From NCBI RefSeq assembly GCF_000143415.4, contig NW_003314326.1, positions 755,609-819,608 of the forward strand: 64,000 nucleotides of DNA. Direction: 5' to 3'. The translations under genes and the position numbers were made by a program. The notes under the pieces are model-generated. The model searched no databases, was not told the DNA's origin, and saw nothing but the letters and a program-made list of their open reading frames with translations. This document shows positions 10,636 through 23,198 of the stretch, in pieces (within the stretch, counting starts at the first letter, position 1; each line of letters begins with the position of its first letter). The DNA comes from Selaginella moellendorffii. Taxonomy: Eukaryota > Plantae > Lycopodiophyta.

Positions 10636-13600
10636 ATGGCAAAGGTAAGGCATAAAAAAACCAAGGCAGAGATGAAACCTCCTCTAGAGCTGAAACTTTC
10701 AGTCGAAGAAAAGGCTAGGGATGATGAATCCTTGCATGAGGAGCACTTCAATAAGGAAACTTCCAAACAAAAGTCTGGTGGTGAGGTTTGGTCATCCAAG
10801 GCCCAATTGGATGTTCTAAAAGAACAATTAGCATAGACCAATGCCCTGCTAGAGACTCTTGTACACAAGTTAAAGCGTGCTGAGAAGCGGAAGAAAAAGT
10901 GAAAGATTGCAGATGCTAGTAGTGTAGAAGGTGTGGACCTTCAGTAGGGACTGAGGCAGCATTGAACAAAGTCAAACAAACCAAAATGGAATCAATCCCT
11001 CAAGCAGTTCCTAAGTACAAACCAAAGCCCCCACCGGTCTTCAAGGGAGTGAATGACTATAAGGTGGTGGAGGATTGGTTTTATGATATGAAGGATTATT
11101 TATGAGCATTGTGGTTCCCGAGCTCGGAGAAGATCCCATGTGCAAAACCATACTTGGTAGATAATGCTAAGTCTTGATGGAGAACAACAAAGGCCAACAA
11201 TGGACTGGTGGCCACTTGGGAAATGATGAAGGCGAGGATCCGTGTAACCTACGTTCCTCTGAATGCTACTGTGCACTTAAGGGATGAGTTGAGTAAGCTG
11301 AAGTTGACTGGAACCATTCAAGAGTATGTGAATGCGTTTATGGCAAAGAGGATATTTGTTATGGACACGTGTGATATGGATACGTTCCATGCCTTCATAT
11401 TAAGCTTCCAGACCTAGGCTTAAGGCAAGGTGATGAGTTGGAACCCGACCAACTACAAGGAAGCATTAGATGCAACTATTAAGGTGCATTTCAATGATAA
11501 CCTACAAAAGAGGAACACAACGGGGTTGGGATTCATGTTTAGCAAAGGGGCCAAACCAAGGGGGATATATGGAAAAGGGAGATTCAAGAAGAATTTCTCT
11601 AAGAATGAGTCCTTGGGGTTTTGGAAAGGCAGATCCGGTGGCTAGTGAGCAAGTACGTGGGGGAGTCAAGTAAAAAGAGACAAACCCACGGATAAAAAGG
11701 TCAAGTCAGCTAATAGCGTGGGAAACAATGTATGCTTCAACTATGGTGAAGCAAGACACTTTTTGAGAGAATGTCCTTACATGAAGAAGGCCAGAGCCAA
11801 TATAGCCATTAAATTGAGTGAAAACCAAACTAAGGTACGTGATTCAGTCCTTAACTTAAAGTTACTCATTATATGAGCAACTTTGGTAGAGAGTTATTCA
11901 CAATATCTACTAGCCCTTTGAGGAAAGCTCAAAGGTAGATTTGTTAAGATCCTTATTAACATAGGTGTTTCAGATAATTTTGTAGCTGCAAACATAGTTC
12001 GGCAAGCTAGACTAACGGTGTAGCGGCTGGGCGAACCAAGGACTATAGAGTTTGTTCAGGGTAGCTAAAGCACCAATGAGGTACTTTGACAAGCAAGAGT
12101 CAAAGTAGAGACTTGGAAAGTAGACATGGATTTCAACGTGTTGAACATGGTAGGATTTGACATAATCCTTGGGATGGATTGGTTCAATTAGTTTGTGGTA
12201 GCTCTACATAGACAAGGTAGGAACTTTGTGCTACTGGCGAATGCTTAGGGAGAACGATCCAAGGTGGAGGCCCAGGATCTAAAAGTAAGGCAATGTAAGG
12301 CCAAAGACTCTTGCTTGAACCTGGTGTCCACGAGAGGACAATTCACTAAAAGAACCAATGTAGCATTTTTGTGCTTACTCTTAGCGAGGAGTGAGCAAAA
12401 GACGGGAACAGAAGAAGTACCTTTAATGATCCAACAGGTGTTGAACCAATTTCAAAATATCATACCAGAGGAGCTACTGGCGGGATTACCCCCTGAACGA
12501 CCGATAGAACATAAAATCGAGCTAGTAGAGGGTGCTAAGGCAGTGGTTCGTCCCCCTTATCATTTAAACAAAAAGGAACTTGAGGAACTCAAACGCCAAC
12601 TAAAAGAGTTTGTGGATAAAAAGTATGTTAGGTTGAGCAAGTTGCCATATATGGCACCGGTGTTATTTGTGATAAAGAAAGATGGATCTATGCACATATG
12701 CATAGACTACCGGTTGCTCAACAAGTATACAAAGAAAAATAAATACCCTTTACCAAGGATTGAGGACCTATTCAATAGGTTGAGAAAGGCAAAATACTTT
12801 TCGAGGATTGATCTAAAGTCAGGATATTACCAAATCCAGATAACAGAGGAAGATGTCGAGAAGAGAACCTATCAAACAAAGTATGGGAGCTTTGAGTTTT
12901 TAGTGATGCCCTTTGGGCTATGCAATGCGTCGGCAACATTTCATTTTTGTGCTTACTTTCAGTGAGGAGAGACAAAAAGACAGGAACAGAAGAAATACCT
13001 TTAATGATCTAGTAAGTGTTGAACCAATTTCGAGATACCATGTTGGAGGAGTTACCGGTGGAGTTACTACCTGCACAACCGATAGAACATAAAATCGAGT
13101 TGGTCGAGGGTCCCCCTTATCGGTTGAACGAAAAGGAACTCAAGGAGCTCAAATGCCAACTTAAGGAGTTAGTGGAAAAATGGTATGTTAGGTTGAGCAA
13201 GTCGTTGTATGGTGCACCGGTGCTATTTATGAAAAAGAAAGATGGCTCTATGCATATGTCTATATACTACTACTTGTTCAACAAGTATATAAAGAAGAAT
13301 AAGTATTTTTTACCAAGGATTGAGGACCTATTCGATAGGTTGGGAAAGGCAAAATACTTCTCAAGGATTGACCTAAAGTCAGAATACTGCCAAATCCGGG
13401 TAACAAGGGAAGATGTCGAGAAGACAACCTATTGAACAAGGTATGGGAGCTTTGAGTTTTTGGTGATGCCCTTTGGGTTGTGCAATACGCCTGCAATATT
13501 TTCGGCGTTAATGAACCACATTTTTGTACTCTATCTGGATCACTTCGTGGTTGTTTATATCGATGACATCTTGATCTATAGCGAGACACTAGAGGAGTAG

Positions 13601-15895
13601 CCAAACACTTAACAAAGGTGTTTGAGAAACTAAGGGAACACAAGTTGTATGCTAAAGAGAGCAAATGTGACTTTACTCAAACAAAAGGTAAAATTTCTTA
13701 GGCATGTGGTAGGCAAGGACAGGCTCAAGGTGGACCCTAAGAAGGTTCAAGCGATCTAGGAATGGGAGTGACCACTGAATGTGCACGAGTTGAGGGTGTT
13801 CTTGGGGCTATGCAACTACTACCGAAAGTTTATCAAACACTATTCGAGAGTAGCCTTACCCTTAACAGACCAAATGGGAAAAGGGAAAATAGTATGGACA
13901 GCAGAATGCAAAGTGGTATTTGTCCACCTCAAAAGGAAGTTGAGGAAGACTCCCGTGTTGGCATTAGACTTTGGTAAGGACTTTGAGGTAGAAATAGACA
14001 CTTCAAACTGCATTGGGCGCAATTTTGAAGTAGGACAACCATCAAGTGGCATTCTTCTTGAAGAAGTTGGACAAGGCTCGAAGCAAGACAACCATCAAGT
14101 GGCATTCTTCTCGAAAAATCTGGACAAAGCTCAGCGAAAGTGGCTTGCCCACGAGAAGGAATTATTTGCGATGGTCAAGGTGTTTAAGGAGTGGCGATAC
14201 TACCTTGGGAGACACTTCAAAATTTACACGGATAATGTGGCAATGAAACACTTCTTGTCACAGCTCGACCTAAGAGGAAAATAAAGGCGGTGTGCCAATA
14301 CTTTGGCCGAGTTTGATTGCGAGATTTTGTATAAACCTGGGAAGAGCAACATCATGGCAAATGCTCTAAGTCGAAAGGCAAGCTTGAAGTTGGCAATATC
14401 CAGCATGACAACAACCTTTTGGAATGATGTGCAAACAGTATATGAGAACAATAGCATAACATAAGAAGTGTTGCTAAGGAACCAAGAGGCACGAGATGCT
14501 CACCAAAGAGGTGAACTGCCAACGGAAAAGAAAACAGGTTATGCAGAATATAATAGACTCATTTATTATAAACAAACGAGGGTGTATATTCTAGAAGGGG
14601 AACTAAGGAAGGTAGCCTTAGAAGAGTGTCATGATGGACCTCTTGCAAGACACGGTAGAGTGCCCAAAACAATGGGTTTACTCGGAAATATCACTGGCTA
14701 GACATGGCTAAAAACATCCAAGACTATGTAAAGACATGTCTAACATGTCAATAGGTCAAAGCCGTGACTAAGGCTAGTGGGGGCTTGTTACAAAGCCTCC
14801 CAATTCCAGATTGTCTGTGGAAATGTCTTACGATGGACTTCATTACAGGACTCCCCCCAAGTGAAAGGTTTGATATGATATTCGTGGTGGTGGATTGATT
14901 TTCAAAGATGGCACATTTCATACCCACCATAACGGAAGTGGATGCAGAGGGTGTGGCGAAGCTGTTCTTCAAACAAGTGGTTCGAATGCGGGGAAGGCCA
15001 AAAGAGATTATCTCAGATTGAGATAAGATCTTCACCAGTAAGTTCTGAAGGACTCTCCTAGAACAGTATCACACCAAGTTGAAATTTAGCACAACCTATC
15101 ACTCACAAACAGGTATTGGGTATTAAGTCAAGTTTGATGGCACTAACACTTCTTGACAGACGGACAAATGGAAAGAGTGAATAGGCAATTGGAGGATTAT
15201 TTGCAATGCTATGTCTCTAGAGACCAAATTGATTAGGTAAATCATTTAAGACTTGCAAAAATATGCTATAACAACTCACCACACTCAACTATCAGGGTGA
15301 GTCCATGGGAAGTCATCAATGGGCAAGCTATTGAAGGTTCTGTGGAACTTGGCGTGGCCAAGTATCATGGAGAGTTACCCATAGTGGAGGCATTCACAGC
15401 GGAAAAACTCAACATTTAGAATCTAGTAAAGGATTCCTTGGAACGGGCTCAACAAAAACAAACCAAGTATGCAAACCAAAAGTGCCAAGATGTAAAGTTC
15501 CAACCTAGGGAAAAGGTGTGGTTGAACACTAAATTGAGGCATGAATTGGTAAGGTGACTTATCACCTTCAACTTCCTCGAGAGATGGGGAAGATGCACCC
15601 TATGTTCTATATGAACTTACTCAAGCCATACTTTGAGGATCCTCTTCACAAGGACCAAGTAAGACATTTACCGGAGGTTATCCAAGAGGAAGAGGAATAC
15701 AAAGTTGAGGCTATCTCAATGCATGCAAGAGCAAGTGACAAAGACGTGAGGTGGGGGAGTTCTATGTGAAGTGGAAAGGATTTCCACACTGTAAAGCAAC
15801 ATGGGAATCGGAAGAGAACCTAGCAAACGTGCAAGATCTAGTGGAGGAATTTTTGCAAAGTAGAACTCTATGTACTTATGCAAAATTCAATTAAA
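10636..15895 (+). pseudogene. gag-pol polyprotein of the chromovirus (multiple stops and frameshifts)
   Basis: Gag Zn-knuckle remnant CFNYGEARHFLREC (~11733); protease ILINIGVSDNFV and FDIILGMDW; [34 protein letters not shown] (~13557); RNase H EKELFAMV...WRYYL; integrase TMDFITGLP; chromodomain YKVEAI...YVKWKGFPHCKATWESEENL (~15698-15850). Confidence 0.92.
15113..15159 (+). other. 47-nt GT-AG intron-like insertion inside integrase
   Basis: GTATTG...CACTAAC...TTGACAG; removal restores STTYHSQT/DGQMERVNRQLEDYL exactly. Confidence 0.7.
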
Positions 15896-17619
15896 GAATC
15901 TATTTGAGAAATTAAGCAATGTCATATGTTGGGACTCGAAGGCATGCCAAAGGTAAGCTAATTAGCATGGGTTAACTAAGTTGACCAAGCGTAGGAAACT
16001 ATGCCCAACTCGCCACGAGGATATTGAATCCGTAAGCATATTCTATAGAGGTTGGGTTCGAGTCCCAACCCCCTAGTAAAGCAAGGCTGGGTTCAAATCC
16101 CAACCCCATACTAGGGCGTAATGAGGGGAGGGGTATAGAGACACTTATATTCTGTTGTCATAGGCTCTTGGCTGAGGAGGTTAACTTAGGCACACTGCTA
16201 AGTGGGGGGATGCCCCCAGAGATACAGTTAACAAGTCATAGGATTAAAAAGAGGCATTCGATGTGGGTATCAAACTTCTTCTATGGGTGGTGGAGTTGTA
16301 AGGAACCAACTTCCTAAGGTGTCGAAAGCTAAAGGATCCCCGAAAGCACGACCAAAATGATAAAGAGTTCATCTGATGAGACCGAGTCCAAGATCGAGTC
16401 TGAGACCGACTCTAAGACCGAGTTTAAGACTGAGTTCGAGACCGAGTCCGAGTCCGAGTCCGAGACCGAGTCCGAGACCGAGTCTGAGACCGAGTTTGAG
16501 ACCGAGTTTGAGATCCGAGAACGGGTTTGAGACCGAGTTTGAGATCGAGTCTGAGATAGAGTCCAAGGTCGGGTCTAAGATCGAGTTCGACAAAGTTCAA
16601 GGTCAATTCCAAAATCGAGTCCGAGACCGAGTCTGAATCCGAATACTAATATAAATCGTGGGGTGAAAGCCCAAAGCGTGGGGCTGCAAAGGGTTCCAAA
16701 AGTATAATAGTATAATAGGGATAGTGAGGTCTAGGAACGAGTCTTGAAAGAACTCTTTAGTGGTGCTTCCAAACTTACTTAAGGTTGAGACTGAGGTTGA
16801 GAGTCCTTGGGTGGGTGTGAGCATGGACTCGACTGGTGCTGAAGGGGCCACCCAAAGAAGTGCTCAAGAGCAGCTCCCACTCCTGAAAGGGAAACCGACT
16901 GCGGTGCTCCCGACTCATGTGGAGTGGTGCCCCACTTGAGTACTTTGGGGCTCATTGGTCTTTGCCCTTCCTAAAGGTTTGGGTCCTACCCTTTGGGATG
17001 GAAGTGGGGGAGTAAGGGTACTTATACCGGGCTGTTAGGCCACAGTGTTTCCTCTTGATGTTTTGATGCAAGTGTTGCACCAAGGCTTGGGATTTAGAAG
17101 GTCCCATGATCAAGTTTTGTTGTACCAAGGAATATTAGGAATCTGAAGGTTTTGTGTGCTTAGCTGCTTGTGCCTACAAGGAGTGTAACCAAACTTTAAG
17201 GCCAGTTTAACCCGGGGAAGGGGATTGGGAGAGAATTTGGGAATCTGTAGATGGATGACTAACACTCCATTGCTTATGTAGTGAGTGGTTGAGACTAAAT
17301 AGGACGAAGTAGAAGCTAGTACAATAGGTGGGAACCTTAGCAAGGGAACTTAACTAAAGCCAAGGCTATGGTGGTTGAATAGACAAGGTAAGCCAACAAA
17401 TTGGAAAGGAAAAAATTGTGGCTTATACCAACATACTAATAGATATAACTCTTGACGTCTGTGCATAACATGAAAGCTAGAAAGCAAGAAAATGTTGAAA
17501 AAAATCAAGAAATACAACTTTTCAAGAGTATCTTCATACAACACAATATGCAATTGCCTCTCAAAAACATAACAATGCAAATCACTTCTGAGAGTAATGT
17601 TCTTGTTTTTGTGCTCACC

Positions 17620-17987
17620 CTTAAGGTTCATGGTGGATGTCAATCCTCCACTTGCCAATGGATTTCTTGGCAATGCAGTCTTTATTGCAATCGCTTCCTC
17701 CACTATTAAGCAGATCCATCGACCATGTTGTGAATCTCATCCAAGAAGCCAATCACACAACAACATATGCTATCGATTGCATTGAGGAAGAGCCTGTTAG
17801 AGATTTCACTCTCCTTCCACCACTCAGATCTCTTCAATCTCGTGATAGCTGGTGTGGATTTCGGAAGTGGGAGGCTCCTTTATTATCGGAGAACACCAGC
17901 AGAGGTTTGTGGCAAATCGCTACAGAACTGGGTGATTGCTTCTTCACAGGTGGCAATTTACTATATGGTGAAATAGTGAAAACCTAA
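17620..17987 (+). pseudogene. C-terminal fragment of a BAHD acyltransferase
   Basis: NPPLANGFLGNAVFIA and VDFGSGR (DFGWG-like motif) in different frames; no N-terminal HxxxD part seen. Confidence 0.65.
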
Positions 17988-18830
17988 AATATTTCCTTAT
18001 TTTACAAGCTTAAAGGAGGAAATGGGCTTGAGTGTGTAAAGGGAGTTTAGATTAAATATCCACTATGGTTTTATTTTATGGTCGGAAATGGTTTGAAACC
18101 TCTAGGGAGAACGAATGGGGGGCGGCTGCACAAAGAAGATGACGCTCGTGGAGTTGCCATTGTGGTCGGGATTGATCGAGAAGGTTGACGCTTTTACAAA
18201 GAACGTAAGAAATTCATGGCTAAAAAAAACTTAAGGATTGCTGCGAGAACATTGTCAGAGTACAAGCAGCTGTATTCAATCAGTGCAGGAAAGAAACATT
18301 CCAAATTCGGAATGCTCCATTGATCTAAAAAGAGTAACATAATCAATTTGTGAAGTGAATCCAGTTCGAAGCGAAACTAAACTTTGAGTGAGTAATTTTC
18401 CGAGGAAGAACAGAAAGAAGGCAAGGGAACTGTGTCATAAACGAGAAAGAGCTGGACAACTCTCACGCCTTCCAGCCTACATTATACGCAGAAAAGTGGA
18501 GAGAGGCATCAGAGTGCAAGTGAGCAGTCATTTAGAATGTAAGGGACCGCTTGCCGCATCTAATCTGATCCTAGTTTCAGTTGATCTATCAGGAAAAAGG
18601 CCGGCAGAACTTTGAGCACGTATCGCTCGAGAGCTCTCTGTAGTTCTACAGTGGTGAGCCGAGATTGATGATTTGATTTACTCCACCGGGATGATCTTGA
18701 GCTTTGTTCATGTGTTATTCACTTCCATTGCTGAAAATGATGGTATGCAAAGGCGCAGTTGGTGAGCGCGTAGCTGCTGAGAAATCCCGATTTCGAAATA
18801 AATCCATTTTAGGGTTTTCCATGCTTGGCT

Positions 18831-20554
18831 ATGGCGTCCACACCCTTCGACGAGGTCAGTGCCGCTGCTGTCTCCACTGCTCGGTTGATCTAGCTGCTCA
18901 ATCCTAGGATGAATTTGATTTCGGTGGAGACGTAGTCGGCGATGTCGGCATCAGAGCAGGTTTGATCTTCGCATTTCTAGGCACATTCTCTCTCTCTCTC
19001 TCTCTCTCGGCTGAGGCTGAGGCTTGTTTCGAACAGGAAAGAGGGGTTTTGGCGAGCTCGAGGACGATGACGATCTTTTTCCCTCAAAGAAGGTACTGCG
19101 TTTTCTTTCTCTCTCCTCTGGTTAAGAAACTTGCAAATGTGAAGGAAAAGCTCACGAAAGGAATCGTGTATCTTGCGTGTAGATTTATGGATCGGCAGTG
19201 GCCGCGGGAAGTGATCACGCGACTACTACCATACTCAATCTTCGCGCCAGGTAATCTTTCTATCAAGTATAACTTCCAAACTTGCGCTTCTTTCTCATGT
19301 AGTTTAGAAGAGCGTGATGGGACCATTGCATCACTAAAGGTATATTGCAAAACAGCACAAGCTCTTTGATACAGTTCATCGCTGAGCTTCCTTTGGTTTT
19401 TGGCAGGCTGACCTTGCCACTGCCAATGGAGAGCTAGACAAATGGAGGAATTTGTTTCAAAGTGGAGAGTCAATTCTACCAGAAAACTCAACTTCAGGTC
19501 TATCAACTTACCTTGTGTTTGCTTACTGTTCTGATATGTATGTTGTTGTTAGATCCTCGGCTGATCTTGGATCATATAAAATCTCTCCAAGCATCCCAAG
19601 CTCGCGTGAAAGACCAGGTTCGCAAGTTTGGCGTTTTGAGTTGTGCATTTTCCTTGTTCTTTTTGTTTCTGATCGAGTCTTCTTTGTCGTTTCACAGCTC
19701 GCATCATCCAGGCGCAAGGAAACTGCCATGCTGATCCATTTGTCAAACAAGGAACAAGAAATTGCAGAGATGAAGGCAAGTCTCTCTTCAATGTTTCTTT
19801 TCTGTTTACTTTTTTGTTATAAACGTAATGGCACTTTAGACTCTCGTTCACGATTTGAAGCTTTCGTTGAGGCCTCCAACGCTTCAGGTACTCGTGTATT
19901 TTCCAGGCTAGCTAGCGATCTTACAACTTTGTTTGGTCGCAGTCTCGTCGTCTTTTGCTGGATCCTGCTATTCATGTAGAATTTACACGTATGAAGGTCA
20001 GTCTTTTCCAGACAATGGTAACACTGTCTGAGGTTGTGACTTCCAAAGTCTAGAAGGAGCTGGAAATTGCGGAAAAGAAGGCCAAAGATCTGACTGACGA
20101 TCTCGCCGCTGTCCAGTTCACTCCGCACAGTAAAAACGGCAAAATGCTCATGGCAAAGTGTCGTACGCTGCAAGAGGAAAACGAAGAAATAGGGAGGGAG
20201 GCTTCGGAGGGCAAGGTTCGTATCTTTCCGGTATCTTGGACTTGTTTCAAGCAGAACGTTACAGATACATGATCTGGAAACAAGGCTGGCTGTTCAAAAG
20301 TCGTTGAGCTCTGAATTGAAACGCGGTTATCAAGGTTTGTAATCTCACAACGAATCTCCTGAGCGTTCTAAAGGTTTAAAATGTTGCGCCAGAGCTGTTT
20401 CGGTACGTCCGTGATCTCAATGAAGAGGCGGAGAGGCTGCAGCAAATGGTACAAGCTGGGAGGTTTATTTTCAAAGCTTTTGACATGTTTGTATTGGACA
20501 CAGGTGCGTATACTCCAGAGTCAAGTGGAGCAAAAGGACTGGCAAACGGCTTAG
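18831..20554 (+). CDS. FIP37: FIP37/WTAP m6A methyltransferase complex subunit (multi-exon; last exon approximate)
   Basis: Exons give MASTPFDE/DEFDFGGD..., KRGFGELEDDDD, RRKETAMLIHLSNKEQEIAEMK, DPAIHVEFTRMK, AAVQFTPHSKNGKMLMAKCRTLQEENEEIGREASEGK. Confidence 0.9.
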
Positions 20555-21264
20555 GAGACGCTTCGTTCCGAGCGAGCTCGCCACCTCGGTTTGATATTCG
20601 AAACGATACAACTCCCACAAATGATGCACTTTGAAACTTCCACTTTCCCTCTCTACGTCCTTTTGTAGGTTGTAAGAATTCCATAGTCCAACTTCATTGT
20701 CGAGCATGTAGTTCTCAATGTGCTCCACAGAATTCTTGACGGAGTAGAGATTCACCAGATGTGCACTTTCTTTACTTGTCTGCTGGGCTGCCTCCGGGTC
20801 GTGTTATCAGGTTCTAGATGAACATTGATTTTCGCTTCTATACAACAAAATCTCGAAATATGCTGTGCCATGAACGGGGAGGAAATATCCTTCCATATTT
20901 GGCATAGGAGGTGTATCTACAATCACATTTCTTCCAGATAGCAGCAGCTGCTAAGCGCATCGACCTGCGAAAATTGATCAAACGAGCCAGGAGATTGAAG
21001 CACATCTAGAAGGCGCCACTTCAAAGACAAAGAAAACTCTTGCTTTCTTTGACATTGCAAATCACCTCTTAGGTGAGCTAGTAACGACGAGAGCAAGAGA
21101 ATGAGACGATTGTCTCCCTCTTTTCTAGATCCTTCAACCAATGCAGCTATGAAAAACCTTAATACTTAAAAGGTTTGCATGGAATTATTTCGATTAATTC
21201 TGAGTATATGCAGAAGGTGTTATAAAATTTTCATTTTGGATTACCACGGTAATAATTTGCTGCG

Positions 21265-21376
21265 GGAAGTTTATAATAATAAAAGCGTTTATAATTTATA
21301 AATACAAGAATAATTTAAATGAATAATAACTGTTAGATAGCAAGAATATTTAAGCATATTCTAGGTATATCCACTA
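21265..21376 (-). repeat. Isolated end of an AT-rich dispersed repeat
   Basis: Reverse complement closely matches 29744-29830 and 29885-29940 (...AAGCATATTCTAG(G/A)TATATCCACTA). Confidence 0.6.
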
Positions 21377-22736
21377 CTCATCAAAGAAAAAATGTAAGTG
21401 TTTTGCTTTTAATATTATGATTTATGTAAATGGTGCATTTTGTAAGGTGCTCAAATCATAAAAATTAGTATTAGGGTACTTTGATCTCTTAATATATAGG
21501 TATTTATACCTTTATATTATTTAATTTTATATATTATAGTAGATATATAAATTAAAATATTTAATTTTTGGATATACTTGGGTTTTTTTTTAATCCAAAG
21601 ATTTATTTTAAATGGCTACTCTGGAGAATTAACTTTAAATTTCATTAACTTTAGGGCTCATATTTAAACTGTATTTAATAGTAAAAACAAGAAATATTAA
21701 ACATTGGATCAATTGTGATGTTTAATTTAATTAAAAATTTAGTATATTAAATAAATATAGATGTTTAATAGTTTCATCTTTATTATTTTTAATATGTGGT
21801 ATATAATTTGGTTTGAAATGTGATGGCAAAATTGAATCACAAAAAAAGGTAAATTATTTTTAATATTTTAAATAAATTGCTTTTATTGTTTTTGAATTAC
21901 CTTATGCATAAAACCATCATTTAGTAAATTCTTAATCACTATGCAATAATCTTCCATATACTAAAAAATATTATATAACAAACTCTATTTTGATTTAGTA
22001 ACTTACAAAAAAACTTTTAAATTTATATAAGTTGAAAAGACTTTTTTTATATTTGGCTAAAATTTCACATGTTATAACATATACAAATAAAGCTATATAG
22101 CCTATAAAATCACAAATGCCTTAATAATTAGGATTCTTCCAAAAGCATAATCATGATAGTAATTTTCTTAGTATAATGTGATTATATTATATTTAAATGA
22201 ATTATTTTACTTTGAATTATATATAATTTAAAATATGTAATTTAAGTGTGTAAGTTATGATGAATCACATTGTGTCTTTCAAAAGTTATTAATCATAAAA
22301 ATAATTATTTACATTTTAAAATTTTTATTATTAATTAACATTATTACTATTTAATTTTTACTATTTTGTTAACTTACACACATTTTCTCTTTAAAATTTA
22401 ATTTAATTTTTAAAACTGTTAAAAAATTAATATTTATATAGTTATGCTCATACAAAATTATAGTTAAGATTATGGATTTCATGATTTCATAAATAATCTT
22501 ATCGACTAATTTTATTATTAATAAATATTAATGCTAAAATTTTAATTAAAATGTTTATCTTTCCTTATATAAACTCAATTCTCAAGCATTATTTAAATTA
22601 AACTATAAATATCATTCTTTAGTTATAACCTTCATTCTTAAAAAATTGAAAAAGATAAAAAATAATTAAACATATATATTAATTTAATTTAAATATTATA
22701 TTAATAAGTTGTTTTCAATATTTAATTTAATTTTTG

Positions 22737-22739
<3 letters not shown>

Positions 22740-22771
<32 letters not shown>
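22740..22771. repeat. (TA)n microsatellite at the edge of an AT-rich block
   Basis: About 16 perfect TA units. Confidence 0.95.
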
Positions 22772-22772
<1 letters not shown>

Positions 22773-23198
22773 GTATTACAATTATAAATAGGGTTATCAA
22801 TTTGATTTTAGTTCTTACAGGAGAATATTCTTCCAGGGGTAAGAAACCGATGACGGTTTTTCTTTAACGTGACGGTCATTTTCCGTTGCCTATTCCGCGG
22901 ACATCCGATGGCGGCGATATCGCCACGTCACGCATTATTTCCCCCTTAACCGCTGTTTCATTGCTCCTCTCTCTCCCAAGGCTGTGAAGAAGAAAGAATG
23001 GCGATGGCGATGGCGAGCAAAGGCGCCGTTGGCGGAGATTATGGAAGGCGCGTCGCCCAGTCTCTATCGTCACAGGTGGGAAGTTCTTAGATCGTCGCGA
23101 TTTCCACCCTGTCGAGGGCACGATAGTGGTATATTTCGAGGCCGCATGAAGGAATTCCAGAATATCCAGGATTTCGAGGAATCCATCGTCTCCCAGCG

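Larger units (their letters stand above)
9453..17427 (+). mobile_element. Full-length but decayed Ty3/Gypsy chromovirus (family A) with both LTRs and 5-bp TSD
   Basis: 5' LTR 9453-10576 (TGTA...AACA) and 3' LTR 16297-17427 (TGTA...TATA); TSD CCAAC at 9448-9452 and 17428-17432; order gag-PR-RT-RH-IN-chromodomain. Confidence 0.95.

Noticed and set aside
20700-21150. Gene-like fragment after FIP37 (also 18000-18700 and 52100-52400)
   Set aside because: No recognisable protein motif or consistent exon chain.
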